Part shown: one piece after another, positions 1-8,110 of the stretch | Layout: each line of letters starts with the position of its first letter | Position numbering within the stretch: the first letter of the stretch is position 1 | DNA from: an uncultured virus (IMG/VR IMGVR_UViG_3300035034_001691) | Taxonomy: Duplodnaviria; Heunggongvirae; Uroviricota; Caudoviricetes | Strand: one strand, 5' to 3' | Length of the DNA: 20,000 bases | Virus record (IMG/VR): IMGVR_UViG_3300035034_001691 | Position numbers and translations under genes: made by a program | The notes under the pieces: model-generated | Database searches by the model: none | The model's input: only the letters and a program-made list of their open reading frames with translations | What the model was told of the DNA's origin: nothing

Positions 1-2211
1 GATGCAGAAGAGCAAGTTAAAGATTTTCCTAATACCTATCTCTACAGTGACGAAGGTGAAATGTTATCTGCATTTCTTGATCTAATAGAAGATGCCGATA
101 TGTTAACTGGTTGGAATAGTGAAGGATATGATATTCCGTATACAGTTAACCGTGTTGCAAGAGTATTAAGTAAGAATGATACTAGAAGATTTTGTTTATG
201 GGATCAACTTCCAAAGAAACGACTCTATGAAAAATACGGTAAAGAAGCAGTAACATTTGATTTAATTGGCAGAGTTCATCTCGATAGTTTAGAATTGTAT
301 CGTAAATATAATTATGAAGAAAGACATTCTTATCGGTTGGATGCTATTGGTGAAATTGAAATAGGTGAAAACAAAACAGTATACGAAGGAACACTTGATC
401 AATTATATAATAATGACTTTAAAAAGTTTATTGAATATAACAGACAAGATACTTCGTTGCTTGATAAACTTGATCGTAAACTTCGCTTTATTGATTTGTC
501 AAACGAACTAGCTCATTCTAATACTGTTTTATTGCAAACTACTATGGGAGCAGTTGCAGTTACCGAACAGGCTATCATAAACGAAGCACATGATAGAGGA
601 ATGGTAGTTCCTAATCGTCCAGTTGTTGACCGAGAGAATTCAAGTGCAGCCGGAGCATATGTTGCTTATCCAAAGAAAGGCTTGCATATGTGGTTAGCAT
701 CAATGGATTTAAATTCACTATATCCATCTGTTATTCGTGCATTGAATATGGCTCCGGAAGCAGTAGTTGGCCAATTACGACCAACCGATACCGATGCTTA
801 TATAAAAGAAAAGATGACTTTTGAGAAGAAGTCTTTTGCAGGAGCATGGGAAGGATTGTTTAGTTCTATTGAATACAAACATATGATAGAAAAAAATAGA
901 GGTAAAGATATTACCATCGATTGGGAGAACGGAGATGTTGATGTACTTAGCGGTGCAGAAACCTACGAACTTATATTCAATAGTAACAATCCTTGGATGA
1001 TTAGTGCTAATGGTACTATTTTTACAAATGAATTCGAAGCTGTCATTCCTGGACTTCTAAAACGTTGGTATTCAGAACGTAAAGAATTACAAGCAAAATT
1101 AAAAAAGGCAATTGATGCCAACAATAAAACCGAAATAGCCTTTTGGGACAAGCGTCAGCTTGTTAAGAAGATTAATTTGAATAGCTTATATGGTGCTATC
1201 TTAAATCCAGGTTGTAGGTTCTTTGATAAAAGAATTGGTCAATCAACTACACTTACTGGTAGAGGAATTGTTCAACATATGAGTGCAAAGGCAAACGAAG
1301 TAATAACAGGAGAATATGACCACGTTGGTAAGGCTGTTATATACGGTGATACCGATTCTGTTTATTTTAGTGCTTATCCTATACTAAAAGACGAAATAGA
1401 CAATGGTACTATTCCTTGGGAAAAGGAACGTATAATTCAGTTATATGATCAAGTAGCAGAAGAAACAAATAAATCATTTACTAGATTTATGGCTGATGCA
1501 TATCATTGTCCTAAATCTCGCTCAGGTGTTATTGCAGCAGGTAGAGAAATTGTTGCACAGAGTGGATTGTATATTACTAAGAAAAGATATGCTGCCCTAG
1601 TAATTGACGACGACGGTAACAGAAAAGATATAGACGGTCAAATTGGTAAGGTTAAAGCAATGGGATTAGATTTGCGGCGATCAGATACTCCGGTTTTTAT
1701 GCAAGACTTCCTTAAGGATATTCTACTTATGGTTTTAACAACAAAAGACGAAAACGAAATTTTAAAAAAGATTGAAGATTTTCGTAGTCTATTTAAGGAA
1801 CGGCCTGGTTGGGAAAAAGGAACTCCCAAACGTGTTAACAACCTAAGTAAATTTCGAGATTTAGAAGAAGAAAAAGGAAAGGCAAATATGCCAGGACACG
1901 TTCGTGCATCACTTAATTGGAATACTTTAAAAAGAATGAATAGTGATCGTTACAGCCAAGACATAGTTGATGGAATGAAAGTTATCGTTTGTAAACTAAG
2001 GCCAAATCCATTAGGATTTACAAGTGTTGCATTTCCAACAGACGAACTACGCTTACCGCAATGGTTTAAGGATTTACCTTTTGATGACAGAGCAATGGAA
2101 AATACTATCATTGATAATAAAATTGATAACTTAATAGGTGTCTTGAATTATGACATCGAATCTACAAAACAAGACACAACATTTGGAAGTTTATTTGATT
2201 TTGGAGATTAA
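1..2211 (+). CDS. polB: Family B DNA polymerase (T4 gp43-like), 5'-truncated; frame is open from base 1
   Basis: ExoII GWNSEGYDIPY, ExoIII YNRQD, polymerase motifs SMDLNSLYPS, KKINLNSLYG, YGDTDS and KKRYA. C-terminal aromatic clamp-binding-like tail TTFGSLFDF. No stop in frame from 1 to 60. Confidence 0.96.
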   Translation, partial: DAEEQVKDFPNTYLYSDEGEMLSAFLDLIEDADMLTGWNSEGYDIPYTVNRVARVLSKNDTRRFCLWDQLPKKRLYEKYGKEAVTFDLIGRVHLDSLELYRKYNYEERHSYRLDAIGEIEIGENKTVYEGTLDQLYNNDFKKFIEYNRQDTSLLDKLDRKLRFIDLSNELAHSNTVLLQTTMGAVAVTEQAIINEAHDRGMVVPNRPVVDRENSSAAGAYVAYPKKGLHMWLASMDLNSLYPSVIRALNMAPEAVVGQLRPTDTDAYIKEKMTFEKKSFAGAWEGLFSSIEYKHMIEKNRGKDITIDWENGDVDVLSGAETYELIFNSNNPWMISANGTIFTNEFEAVIPGLLKRWYSERKELQAKLKKAIDANNKTEIAFWDKRQLVKKINLNSLYGAILNPGCRFFDKRIGQSTTLTGRGIVQHMSAKANEVITGEYDHVGKAVIYGDTDSVYFSAYPILKDEIDNGTIPWEKERIIQLYDQVAEETNKSFTRFMADAYHCPKSRSGVIAAGREIVAQSGLYITKKRYAALVIDDDGNRKDIDGQIGKVKAMGLDLRRSDTPVFMQDFLKDILLMVLTTKDENEILKKIEDFRSLFKERPGWEKGTPKRVNNLSKFRDLEEEKGKANMPGHVRASLNWNTLKRMNSDRYSQDIVDGMKVIVCKLRPNPLGFTSVAFPTDELRLPQWFKDLPFDDRAMENTIIDNKIDNLIGVLNYDIESTKQDTTFGSLFDFGD

Positions 2212-2228
2212 TCAAAAGATGATTTTTC

Positions 2229-2257
2229 TTGACAATACGAAAAATTCATAGTAATAT
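2229..2257 (+). promoter_or_regulatory. Sigma70-type promoter for the clamp/transglycosylase operon
   Basis: TTGACA 2229-2234, 17-nt spacer, TAATAT 2252-2257 (TATAAT also at 2255-2260). Lies in the intergenic gap upstream of a GGAG RBS and ATG 2280. Confidence 0.7.
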
Positions 2258-2279
2258 AATAAATCATACGGAGAATAAT

Positions 2280-3011
2280 ATGAAAGATATACTTAAAGAT
2301 ATTATAGCGCATACACATTCATTGGGGTTCTTATCCCTAGTTAAGGTGACAAACGAAGAAGACAAGACTAAAATTGAAACTATGTCTGAAGATAGAACAG
2401 TTATACTAATGGCTGCAACTAAAAATAAGGTTGATGAATTTATTGGTACGTTTGGCATGCCAAACTTAGGACTTCTGGCTTTTCATCTAAAAAATCCAGA
2501 ATACGAAAAAGATAGTGTTCTTGAAATTAAGACTGATGTTCGAAAGGGAGAAACTATCAATACACATATTCATTTTGAGAATTCAAATGGTGATTTTGAA
2601 AATGATTATAGATTTATGAATCAAGCTCACATTGAAGAAAAATTAAAGAATGTGAAGTTTAAGGGAGCAACATGGAACGTTGAACTTGAACCCGCTATTG
2701 ATTCTATAAGAAGAATGAAGTTACAGGCTGCTGGAAATCCAGATGAATTAATAGTTAATGTTAAAACCGAAGACGGTGCATTAGTAATGACATTTGGTGA
2801 TGAATCATCACATGCAGGAAAATTTATTTTTCAAAGTAATATAACAGGTGAATTAAAGCACACATGGTCTTGGCCTGTTGCTCAAACCCTTGCTATACTT
2901 AGCTTAGATGGTAAGATAACTATGAGATTATCAGATCAGGGCGCAATGAAGATATCTGTTGATAGCGGATTAGCTACATACGATTATATTCTTCCAGCGC
3001 AGGCTAAATGA
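2280..3011 (+). CDS. Probable DNA polymerase sliding clamp (gp45/PCNA-like)
   Basis: 243 aa from ATG 2280 (GGAG RBS). Size, alternating beta/alpha pattern, C-terminal YDYILPAQ strand and position directly after polB fit a phage clamp. No catalytic motif to confirm. Confidence 0.6.
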   Translation: MKDILKDIIAHTHSLGFLSLVKVTNEEDKTKIETMSEDRTVILMAATKNKVDEFIGTFGMPNLGLLAFHLKNPEYEKDSVLEIKTDVRKGETINTHIHFENSNGDFENDYRFMNQAHIEEKLKNVKFKGATWNVELEPAIDSIRRMKLQAAGNPDELIVNVKTEDGALVMTFGDESSHAGKFIFQSNITGELKHTWSWPVAQTLAILSLDGKITMRLSDQGAMKISVDSGLATYDYILPAQAK

Positions 3012-4606
3012 TTAACAGAGATTTAACCTCAACACAAAACGATTATGCGTTTTTTCTTCCTGCATTAAGTGGTTTCTATGCCACTTATGTAGGTAAACAA
3101 CGCTTTGGTGAATATGTAGATAAGACTCGTATACCTTCTAATTTTAACAACGGAGTTGAAAGTCTCAATTACCTAAATAAAAAAGAAGGAGCATTTCATT
3201 ACAAATGGTCACTTTATTCAGCAGGACATGCTGAATTAGATGTTAATAAGGATTCACCTAAAGAAGATATGATCCGAAATAGAGATCGTGAAAATTCTTG
3301 GGTACTTGGTGACAGTGGTGGTTTCCAGATTGGTAAGGGAGTGTGGGAAGGCAATTGGAAGGATCCAAGTTGTCCTAAAGCAATGAAGAAAAGAACAGAT
3401 GTTCTTAGTTGGATGGACAAATATATGGATTACGGAATGATATTAGATATTCCGGCCTGGGTAGCTCGTTCACCTGCAGGTGCAGCGGCAACAGGTATTA
3501 ATTCATATCAAGGAGCAGTTGACGCTACTAGAATTAATAATGATTATTTTATTAAGAATAGAAATGGTAATTGTAAATTTCTAAACGTTCTGCAGGGTGA
3601 AACATTTCAAGAAGCCGACGATTGGTATTTTCAGATGCGTGATTTTTGTGATCCAAAGAAATATCCAAATGAACATTTTGAAGGATGGTCAATGGGTGGA
3701 CAAAATATGTGTGATGTCCACCTTGTGTTAAAGCGTTTGATTGCACTTCGTTTTGATGGATATTTAGAAAAGGGTGTTCATGATTTTATGCACTTTTTGG
3801 GTACTTCAAAATTAGAATGGGCATGTTTGTTAACAGATATACAGCGTGCAGTTCGAAAACATCATAATGAAAATTATACAATAACATTTGATTGTGCAAG
3901 TCCTTTCTTAGCTACTGCTAATGGACAAATTTATTTACAGACTGAAACAGAACCTATGGGTAAATGGACATATCGAATGTTACCAAGTATTGATAACAAA
4001 AAATATGCAACTGATCCTCGTGGATTTCGTGATACTGTTTTACAAGATGGTATTTTTGATAAGAAAGATTCAGCCGGCAATGTATTAATAACTAGAGACT
4101 TCGTTGATTCTCCTATAACAGATGGATTAGGGGTATCAGACGTGTGTATCTATAAGCCGGGAGACCTAAATAAAATAGGTAAAGAAGGAAGAACTTCTTG
4201 GGACAGCTTTTCATATGCTATACAAATGGGACATAATGTTTGGTCTCATATCAATGCAGTACAGGAAGCTAATAGAATGTGTGATTCTGGTACATTTCCA
4301 CATATGCTAATTGCTTCGAAATTACACGGAAAGAAGTTTCGAACTTATAAGAGAGAATTTTTTCGTGATATAGTTGAAGATATTTTTGCTACAGACGACA
4401 GAGAAAAGGCAGAAGCGTTAGTTGAAGAGCATCGTGCATATTGGATGGATATTCCTGGTACACGAGGTGCAATTGGTAAGAAGACCATTAACTCAACAAC
4501 ATTTTTTCATAGTCTTTTTGAAGAAGAAGAAACTGTTACACAAGAAGAAACCTTCACAGAAGAAAATGAAGAGTTATTGGAGAAATTAGAGAATGACCTT
4601 GACTAA
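3008..4606 (+). CDS. dpdA: tRNA-guanine transglycosylase-fold protein, DpdA-like 7-deazaguanine insertion enzyme
   Basis: TGT motifs in the expected order: DSGGFQ, MILDIP, VLQG, SMGG, HFLG, TFDCASP. Lacks the C-terminal CxCxxC Zn site of bacterial Tgt. Clustered with folE and queE. ATGA overlap with the clamp gene. Confidence 0.82.
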   Translation: MINRDLTSTQNDYAFFLPALSGFYATYVGKQRFGEYVDKTRIPSNFNNGVESLNYLNKKEGAFHYKWSLYSAGHAELDVNKDSPKEDMIRNRDRENSWVLGDSGGFQIGKGVWEGNWKDPSCPKAMKKRTDVLSWMDKYMDYGMILDIPAWVARSPAGAAATGINSYQGAVDATRINNDYFIKNRNGNCKFLNVLQGETFQEADDWYFQMRDFCDPKKYPNEHFEGWSMGGQNMCDVHLVLKRLIALRFDGYLEKGVHDFMHFLGTSKLEWACLLTDIQRAVRKHHNENYTITFDCASPFLATANGQIYLQTETEPMGKWTYRMLPSIDNKKYATDPRGFRDTVLQDGIFDKKDSAGNVLITRDFVDSPITDGLGVSDVCIYKPGDLNKIGKEGRTSWDSFSYAIQMGHNVWSHINAVQEANRMCDSGTFPHMLIASKLHGKKFRTYKREFFRDIVEDIFATDDREKAEALVEEHRAYWMDIPGTRGAIGKKTINSTTFFHSLFEEEETVTQEETFTEENEELLEKLENDLD

Positions 4607-4787
4607 TCGTATAGAATCATTAACTGAAAAACATAATATTCTTGACAAACAAGTGAAAGACGCTTATAATAATAAACTGCCTACAGAAGAAATAAGCAAA
4701 CTTAAAATCAAAAAATTAGCAATAAAAGATGAATTATTTAAAGTAGAGAAAGAATTACAATGGAAAGACAATACTCAGGAAACGTAA
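4593..4787 (+). CDS. DUF465/YdcH-like small coiled-coil protein
   Basis: Pattern RIESLTEKHNILDKQV...ISKLKIKKLAIKDEL is typical of DUF465 (L..KH..LD..I ... LK..KL.LKDE). Confidence 0.7.
   Translation: MTLTNRIESLTEKHNILDKQVKDAYNNKLPTEEISKLKIKKLAIKDELFKVEKELQWKDNTQET
4642..4670 (+). promoter_or_regulatory. Internal consensus sigma70 promoter inside the DUF465 gene
   Basis: Exact TTGACA (4642-4647), 17 nt, TATAAT (4665-4670), about 90 nt upstream of the 4760 ORF. Confidence 0.6.
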
Positions 4788-5293
4788 CTTCTAATGATGT
4801 TTCCACTTTTATAGGTGTTGAAGTAGAACATACTCCTGCTTATGGAATGAAAACATTGTTTCTTACTAAGAAACCACTAGCAGAAGATATATTAGAATAT
4901 GCTAGAATAAAAGGTTGTGAACACATTTATCTTGGGGCTAATCAATCGTTTAATCCTACTTTACCAAATGGTACAGACGAAGAAATAAAATATTGGACTA
5001 ATTTAATGAAAGAGCTATCAAAGAGTGAAATGTGGTTTACACTCGATTATGATATTAAATATCACGAGTTTGTAACTGAGTTTTGTTGGGGAGAGTATGA
5101 TCGTTTTATTCCTCTCATAAGTGTAAAGATACCAAACATTAAATCATTAAATTATAACGCCTGCCTAAAAATAGATGACAGTGACTTTCGTAAATCAAAT
5201 CCAGGCGTATGGGTTCATCCAATCCATGATTTACAAGACAGACGAGTATTTACAGACTGGTCAAAATATACAAAAGACGAGATAATATCATAA
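4760..5293 (+). CDS. Hypothetical protein of the deazaguanine cluster; possible degenerate QueE/radical-SAM-fold paralogue
   Basis: 177-aa ORF overlapping both neighbours. Segment-wise resemblance to QueE N-terminal strands but no CxxxCxxC. Confidence 0.6.
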   Translation: MERQYSGNVTSNDVSTFIGVEVEHTPAYGMKTLFLTKKPLAEDILEYARIKGCEHIYLGANQSFNPTLPNGTDEEIKYWTNLMKELSKSEMWFTLDYDIKYHEFVTEFCWGEYDRFIPLISVKIPNIKSLNYNACLKIDDSDFRKSNPGVWVHPIHDLQDRRVFTDWSKYTKDEIIS

Positions 5294-5727
5294 TGAAGAA
5301 TTATTGGTTTAATAAAGAACCAGAAAAGAATAACTTAGATCCAATAAGAAGTATTTGGATTACTTTTAGGAAAGAAGGAATACATTTTTATCCCGGAGCA
5401 GACACTAATGCTGCTCTTGCGACCGGAGATGAATATGATGTTAGTTTCTTAGGATACGAACATAGACATTTATTTCATTTTCGTGTTCGAATTGAAGTGT
5501 TTCACAACGATAGAGATATTGAATTTATACAATTTAAGCGTTGGTTAGAATCATTATATCAAGAAAAACTTGAATTAAATCATAGGTCTTGCGAAATGAT
5601 AGCAGATGATTTATATAAGCAAATTAATAAAAGGTACCCCGGTCGCTTTGTAGAAATAGAAGTAGCAGAAGACGGCGAAAATGGTGCCACACTATTTTAT
5701 CCAAGAAAGGATGAGAATGAAAATTGA
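5293..5727 (+). CDS. QueD/PTPS-like T-fold protein with DpdL-type motif (candidate CDG decarboxylase or atypical QueD)
   Basis: Metal-binding His set (H31; LGYEHRHLF = LxxxHRHxF), SCEMIA (cf. QueD T[AS]ExxA) and terminal EVAEDGENGA strand. Lacks the catalytic Cys of the QueD CxxxHGH motif. Confidence 0.75.
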   Translation: MKNYWFNKEPEKNNLDPIRSIWITFRKEGIHFYPGADTNAALATGDEYDVSFLGYEHRHLFHFRVRIEVFHNDRDIEFIQFKRWLESLYQEKLELNHRSCEMIADDLYKQINKRYPGRFVEIEVAEDGENGATLFYPRKDENEN

Positions 5728-5905
5728 ACTCGAACGGATATTTGATGATTTAGATCAATTCCGAGATTATTGTCGTTTTAATGGCAAGGTTTTTAATGAG
5801 GCAGATCTTTATAAGAATTCTAGTGATAGTTGGAGAGCATACCAGGTTTATACTAGAAGCAAAGGTAGACCACGGCAAACAAGAGATAATAGGTACAAGA
5901 GATGA
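5717..5905 (+). CDS. Small hypothetical phage protein
   Basis: ATG 5717 after AAGGA; MKIELERIFDDLDQFRDYCRF...; basic C-terminus; ATGA overlap with the glycosyltransferase gene. Confidence 0.65.
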   Translation: MKIELERIFDDLDQFRDYCRFNGKVFNEADLYKNSSDSWRAYQVYTRSKGRPRQTRDNRYKR

Positions 5906-6996
5906 CCATTTATATTGTAGATATTGAGGCGGTTGATAATCGCTATACTAAACAATGGAAAGAGTATCTTCCAAAGCAAATACAAAAGAGAACAACTGAA
6001 GAAGTAGTTGTAATCTCTGGAGGAGATGTTCCTCAATCTACAACGCCAGGTGCCTTTTTAAACTTTGGCGGAACTAATATCTACAAAAGCAATCAGTTAA
6101 TGCAAATTGGTGAATTGTTTTGTAATGGTCAAATAAAGAATAATGATTATTTCTTGTACACTGATGCATGGAATCCAACCGTTATACAATTAAAGTATAT
6201 GGCTTCCTTGCTAGGAATACACATTAAAATTGGTGGGATGTGGCATGCAGGAAGTTATGATCCACAAGATTTCCTTGGTCGATTAATTGGTGACCAACCC
6301 TGGATTCGTTCTGCTGAACATTCAATGTTCAGCAGTTACGATCATAACTTCTTTGCAACCGATTACCATATCCAAATGTTTTCTAATGGAATATTTGGAT
6401 GGGATAATGGTAAAGGATGGGATATAACTGATCCTAAATTAGCAAATGACACTATTGTTCGTGCAGGATGGCCGATGGAATATCTATCAGGATCATTAAC
6501 ACAATATAAAGGAATGCCAAAAGAAAATTTAATTCTTTTCCCCCATCGCATTGCACCCGAAAAACAAGTTGAGATCTTTCGTGATCTCAAACAGCATATG
6601 CCAGAATATGAGTTTATTGTTTGTCAAGATCAAACTCTTACAAAGAACGAATATTATAATCTCTTAGGAAGAGCTAAAATAGTTTTTTCTGCTAACCTAC
6701 AAGAAACACTAGGCATAAGTTGGTATGAAGGACTTCAAGTTAATTGTATTCCAATGGTACCAAATCGTCTTTCATACACTGAAATGGCAATATATGATTT
6801 TAAATATCCTTCTAATTGGACTTCTAGTTTTGACAATTATATAGAAAATCAAGAACTGATTAAAAATCAAATTAAAGAATATATAGAGAATTATTCTACA
6901 TACATTCCTAAAATTGCAATTCAATGTAGGATGTTAGAGCAAGAATTCTTTAATGGAGATAGAATTTACGAGGTAATAAATGAATTCGAGCGATAA
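5902..6996 (+). CDS. GT-B (GT4-like) glycosyltransferase, GTDC1/DUF3524-like
   Basis: FPHRIAPEK donor-binding motif, Ex7E motif QETLGISWYEG, then CIPMVPNRLSYTEM. Confidence 0.85.
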   Translation: MTIYIVDIEAVDNRYTKQWKEYLPKQIQKRTTEEVVVISGGDVPQSTTPGAFLNFGGTNIYKSNQLMQIGELFCNGQIKNNDYFLYTDAWNPTVIQLKYMASLLGIHIKIGGMWHAGSYDPQDFLGRLIGDQPWIRSAEHSMFSSYDHNFFATDYHIQMFSNGIFGWDNGKGWDITDPKLANDTIVRAGWPMEYLSGSLTQYKGMPKENLILFPHRIAPEKQVEIFRDLKQHMPEYEFIVCQDQTLTKNEYYNLLGRAKIVFSANLQETLGISWYEGLQVNCIPMVPNRLSYTEMAIYDFKYPSNWTSSFDNYIENQELIKNQIKEYIENYSTYIPKIAIQCRMLEQEFFNGDRIYEVINEFER

Positions 6997-7294
6997 GAAC
7001 TATGACACGGTTTTCAATATAAGTACAGATTTAAATTATTATACCGATTTTAATATGTACTATCAGCCTAGTATGACGATCAATAAAATAAACACATCTG
7101 ATATCATTTATACTATAAAAACAGGTATAGATGAAAAGGAAATAGATTTTGAAAATTATATGCCTCCACTCGAAAAGATAAAAGAAATGTGTGAACATTA
7201 TCCTCCATTAGCTTCTCAATATGAAAAATTTAAATTATTGTATATGATGTCAAAAGATGATTACGATGGAAGAAAAGACAGAGGTGAAATATAA
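6980..7294 (+). CDS. Hypothetical protein
   Basis: 104-aa ORF with GAGG RBS, overlapping neighbours; C-terminal EMCEHYPPL helix. Confidence 0.6.
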   Translation: MNSSDKNYDTVFNISTDLNYYTDFNMYYQPSMTINKINTSDIIYTIKTGIDEKEIDFENYMPPLEKIKEMCEHYPPLASQYEKFKLLYMMSKDDYDGRKDRGEI

Positions 7295-7623
7295 TGGGAT
7301 TAACAATTAATCCAATAGCAAGTTCGGGAACAAAAATATCTGATACTATTCGTAATAACTTTGATTCTATTCCAGAAGTGAGAATTAATGGTAATATAAG
7401 ATGTGATAGAATAGACGCTGATGTACTCTTTTCATCATATCTATCTACAGCAAATATAGAAAACGTAGATGAAGCTATACGCAATTTGCAAGAACGACTA
7501 TTAATAGTTGAAAGAGATCTTGTAATGGAAGAAAAGTACCCCGAACTTAAAAGAGCAGGTACTCGGTATGTTGAAATTAAAAACAAATACGAAACATTGG
7601 AGATTATCAAAGGTGAAAAATAA
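7294..7623 (+). CDS. Hypothetical protein
   Basis: 109-aa ORF, TAATG coupling, GAGGTG RBS; C-terminal coiled coil with MEEKYPEL. Confidence 0.6.
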   Translation: MGLTINPIASSGTKISDTIRNNFDSIPEVRINGNIRCDRIDADVLFSSYLSTANIENVDEAIRNLQERLLIVERDLVMEEKYPELKRAGTRYVEIKNKYETLEIIKGEK

Positions 7624-8110
7624 ACAATATTATGACTGGAACGACGTTGACGATGCTTGTAACACTTTTCTCAAACAAATGTTACGAGATGAATGGAAAC
7701 CTGATTATATTGTTGGTATAACAAGGGGTGGACTTACACTCGCAGTTATGTTGTCTCATATTATCCAAATTCCGTGTCACACTCTTAATGTTAGCCTTAG
7801 AAGTAATCCAGACGACGTTGAATCAAATCTTTGGATGGCAGAAGATGCGTTTAATGGAAAAAAAATACTTATAGTAGATGACATAAACGATAAAGGTGCT
7901 ACTTTTGAATGGATACAAAAAGATTGGAATTCTTCGTGTTGTCCACTTGACGGTAAATGGACCGATGGAACTATATGGGGTGGAAACGTTCGTTTTGCAG
8001 TAATGACCGATAACATATCAAGTGGATTTGGTTCTGTTAATTATGTATTTGAAGAGATTGATAAGAACGAAGAAAACGTTTGGTTAGTTTATCCTTGGGA
8101 GTCTGAATAA
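7613..8110 (+). CDS. Type I purine phosphoribosyltransferase (Gpt/xanthine-guanine PRT-like)
   Basis: IVGITRGGL PPi loop, PRPP-binding ILIVDDINDKGAT, C-terminal WLVYPWE typical of Gpt-like PRTases. Likely GTG start at 7613 after GGAG. Confidence 0.88.
   Translation: MKNKQYYDWNDVDDACNTFLKQMLRDEWKPDYIVGITRGGLTLAVMLSHIIQIPCHTLNVSLRSNPDDVESNLWMAEDAFNGKKILIVDDINDKGATFEWIQKDWNSSCCPLDGKWTDGTIWGGNVRFAVMTDNISSGFGSVNYVFEEIDKNEENVWLVYPWESE

Noticed and set aside
700..1000. Possible intein or intron in polB between motifs A and B
   Set aside because: The extra segment has no Cys/Ser...His-Asn splice junctions or LAGLIDADG motifs and the frame is continuous.
2229..2279. Track start at TTG 2229 (similarly 14224, 7568, 9116, 12576, 5681, 19173)
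   Set aside because: These upstream extensions overlap promoters or neighbouring genes. Downstream starts with an RBS or a coupling overlap are more plausible.
3008..4606. Canonical tRNA-modifying Tgt / host queuosine operon
   Set aside because: It lacks the Zn-binding CxCxxC, is much longer and divergent, and sits in a phage replication operon with no queA, queF or tRNA genes in the window. A tRNA target is not formally excluded.
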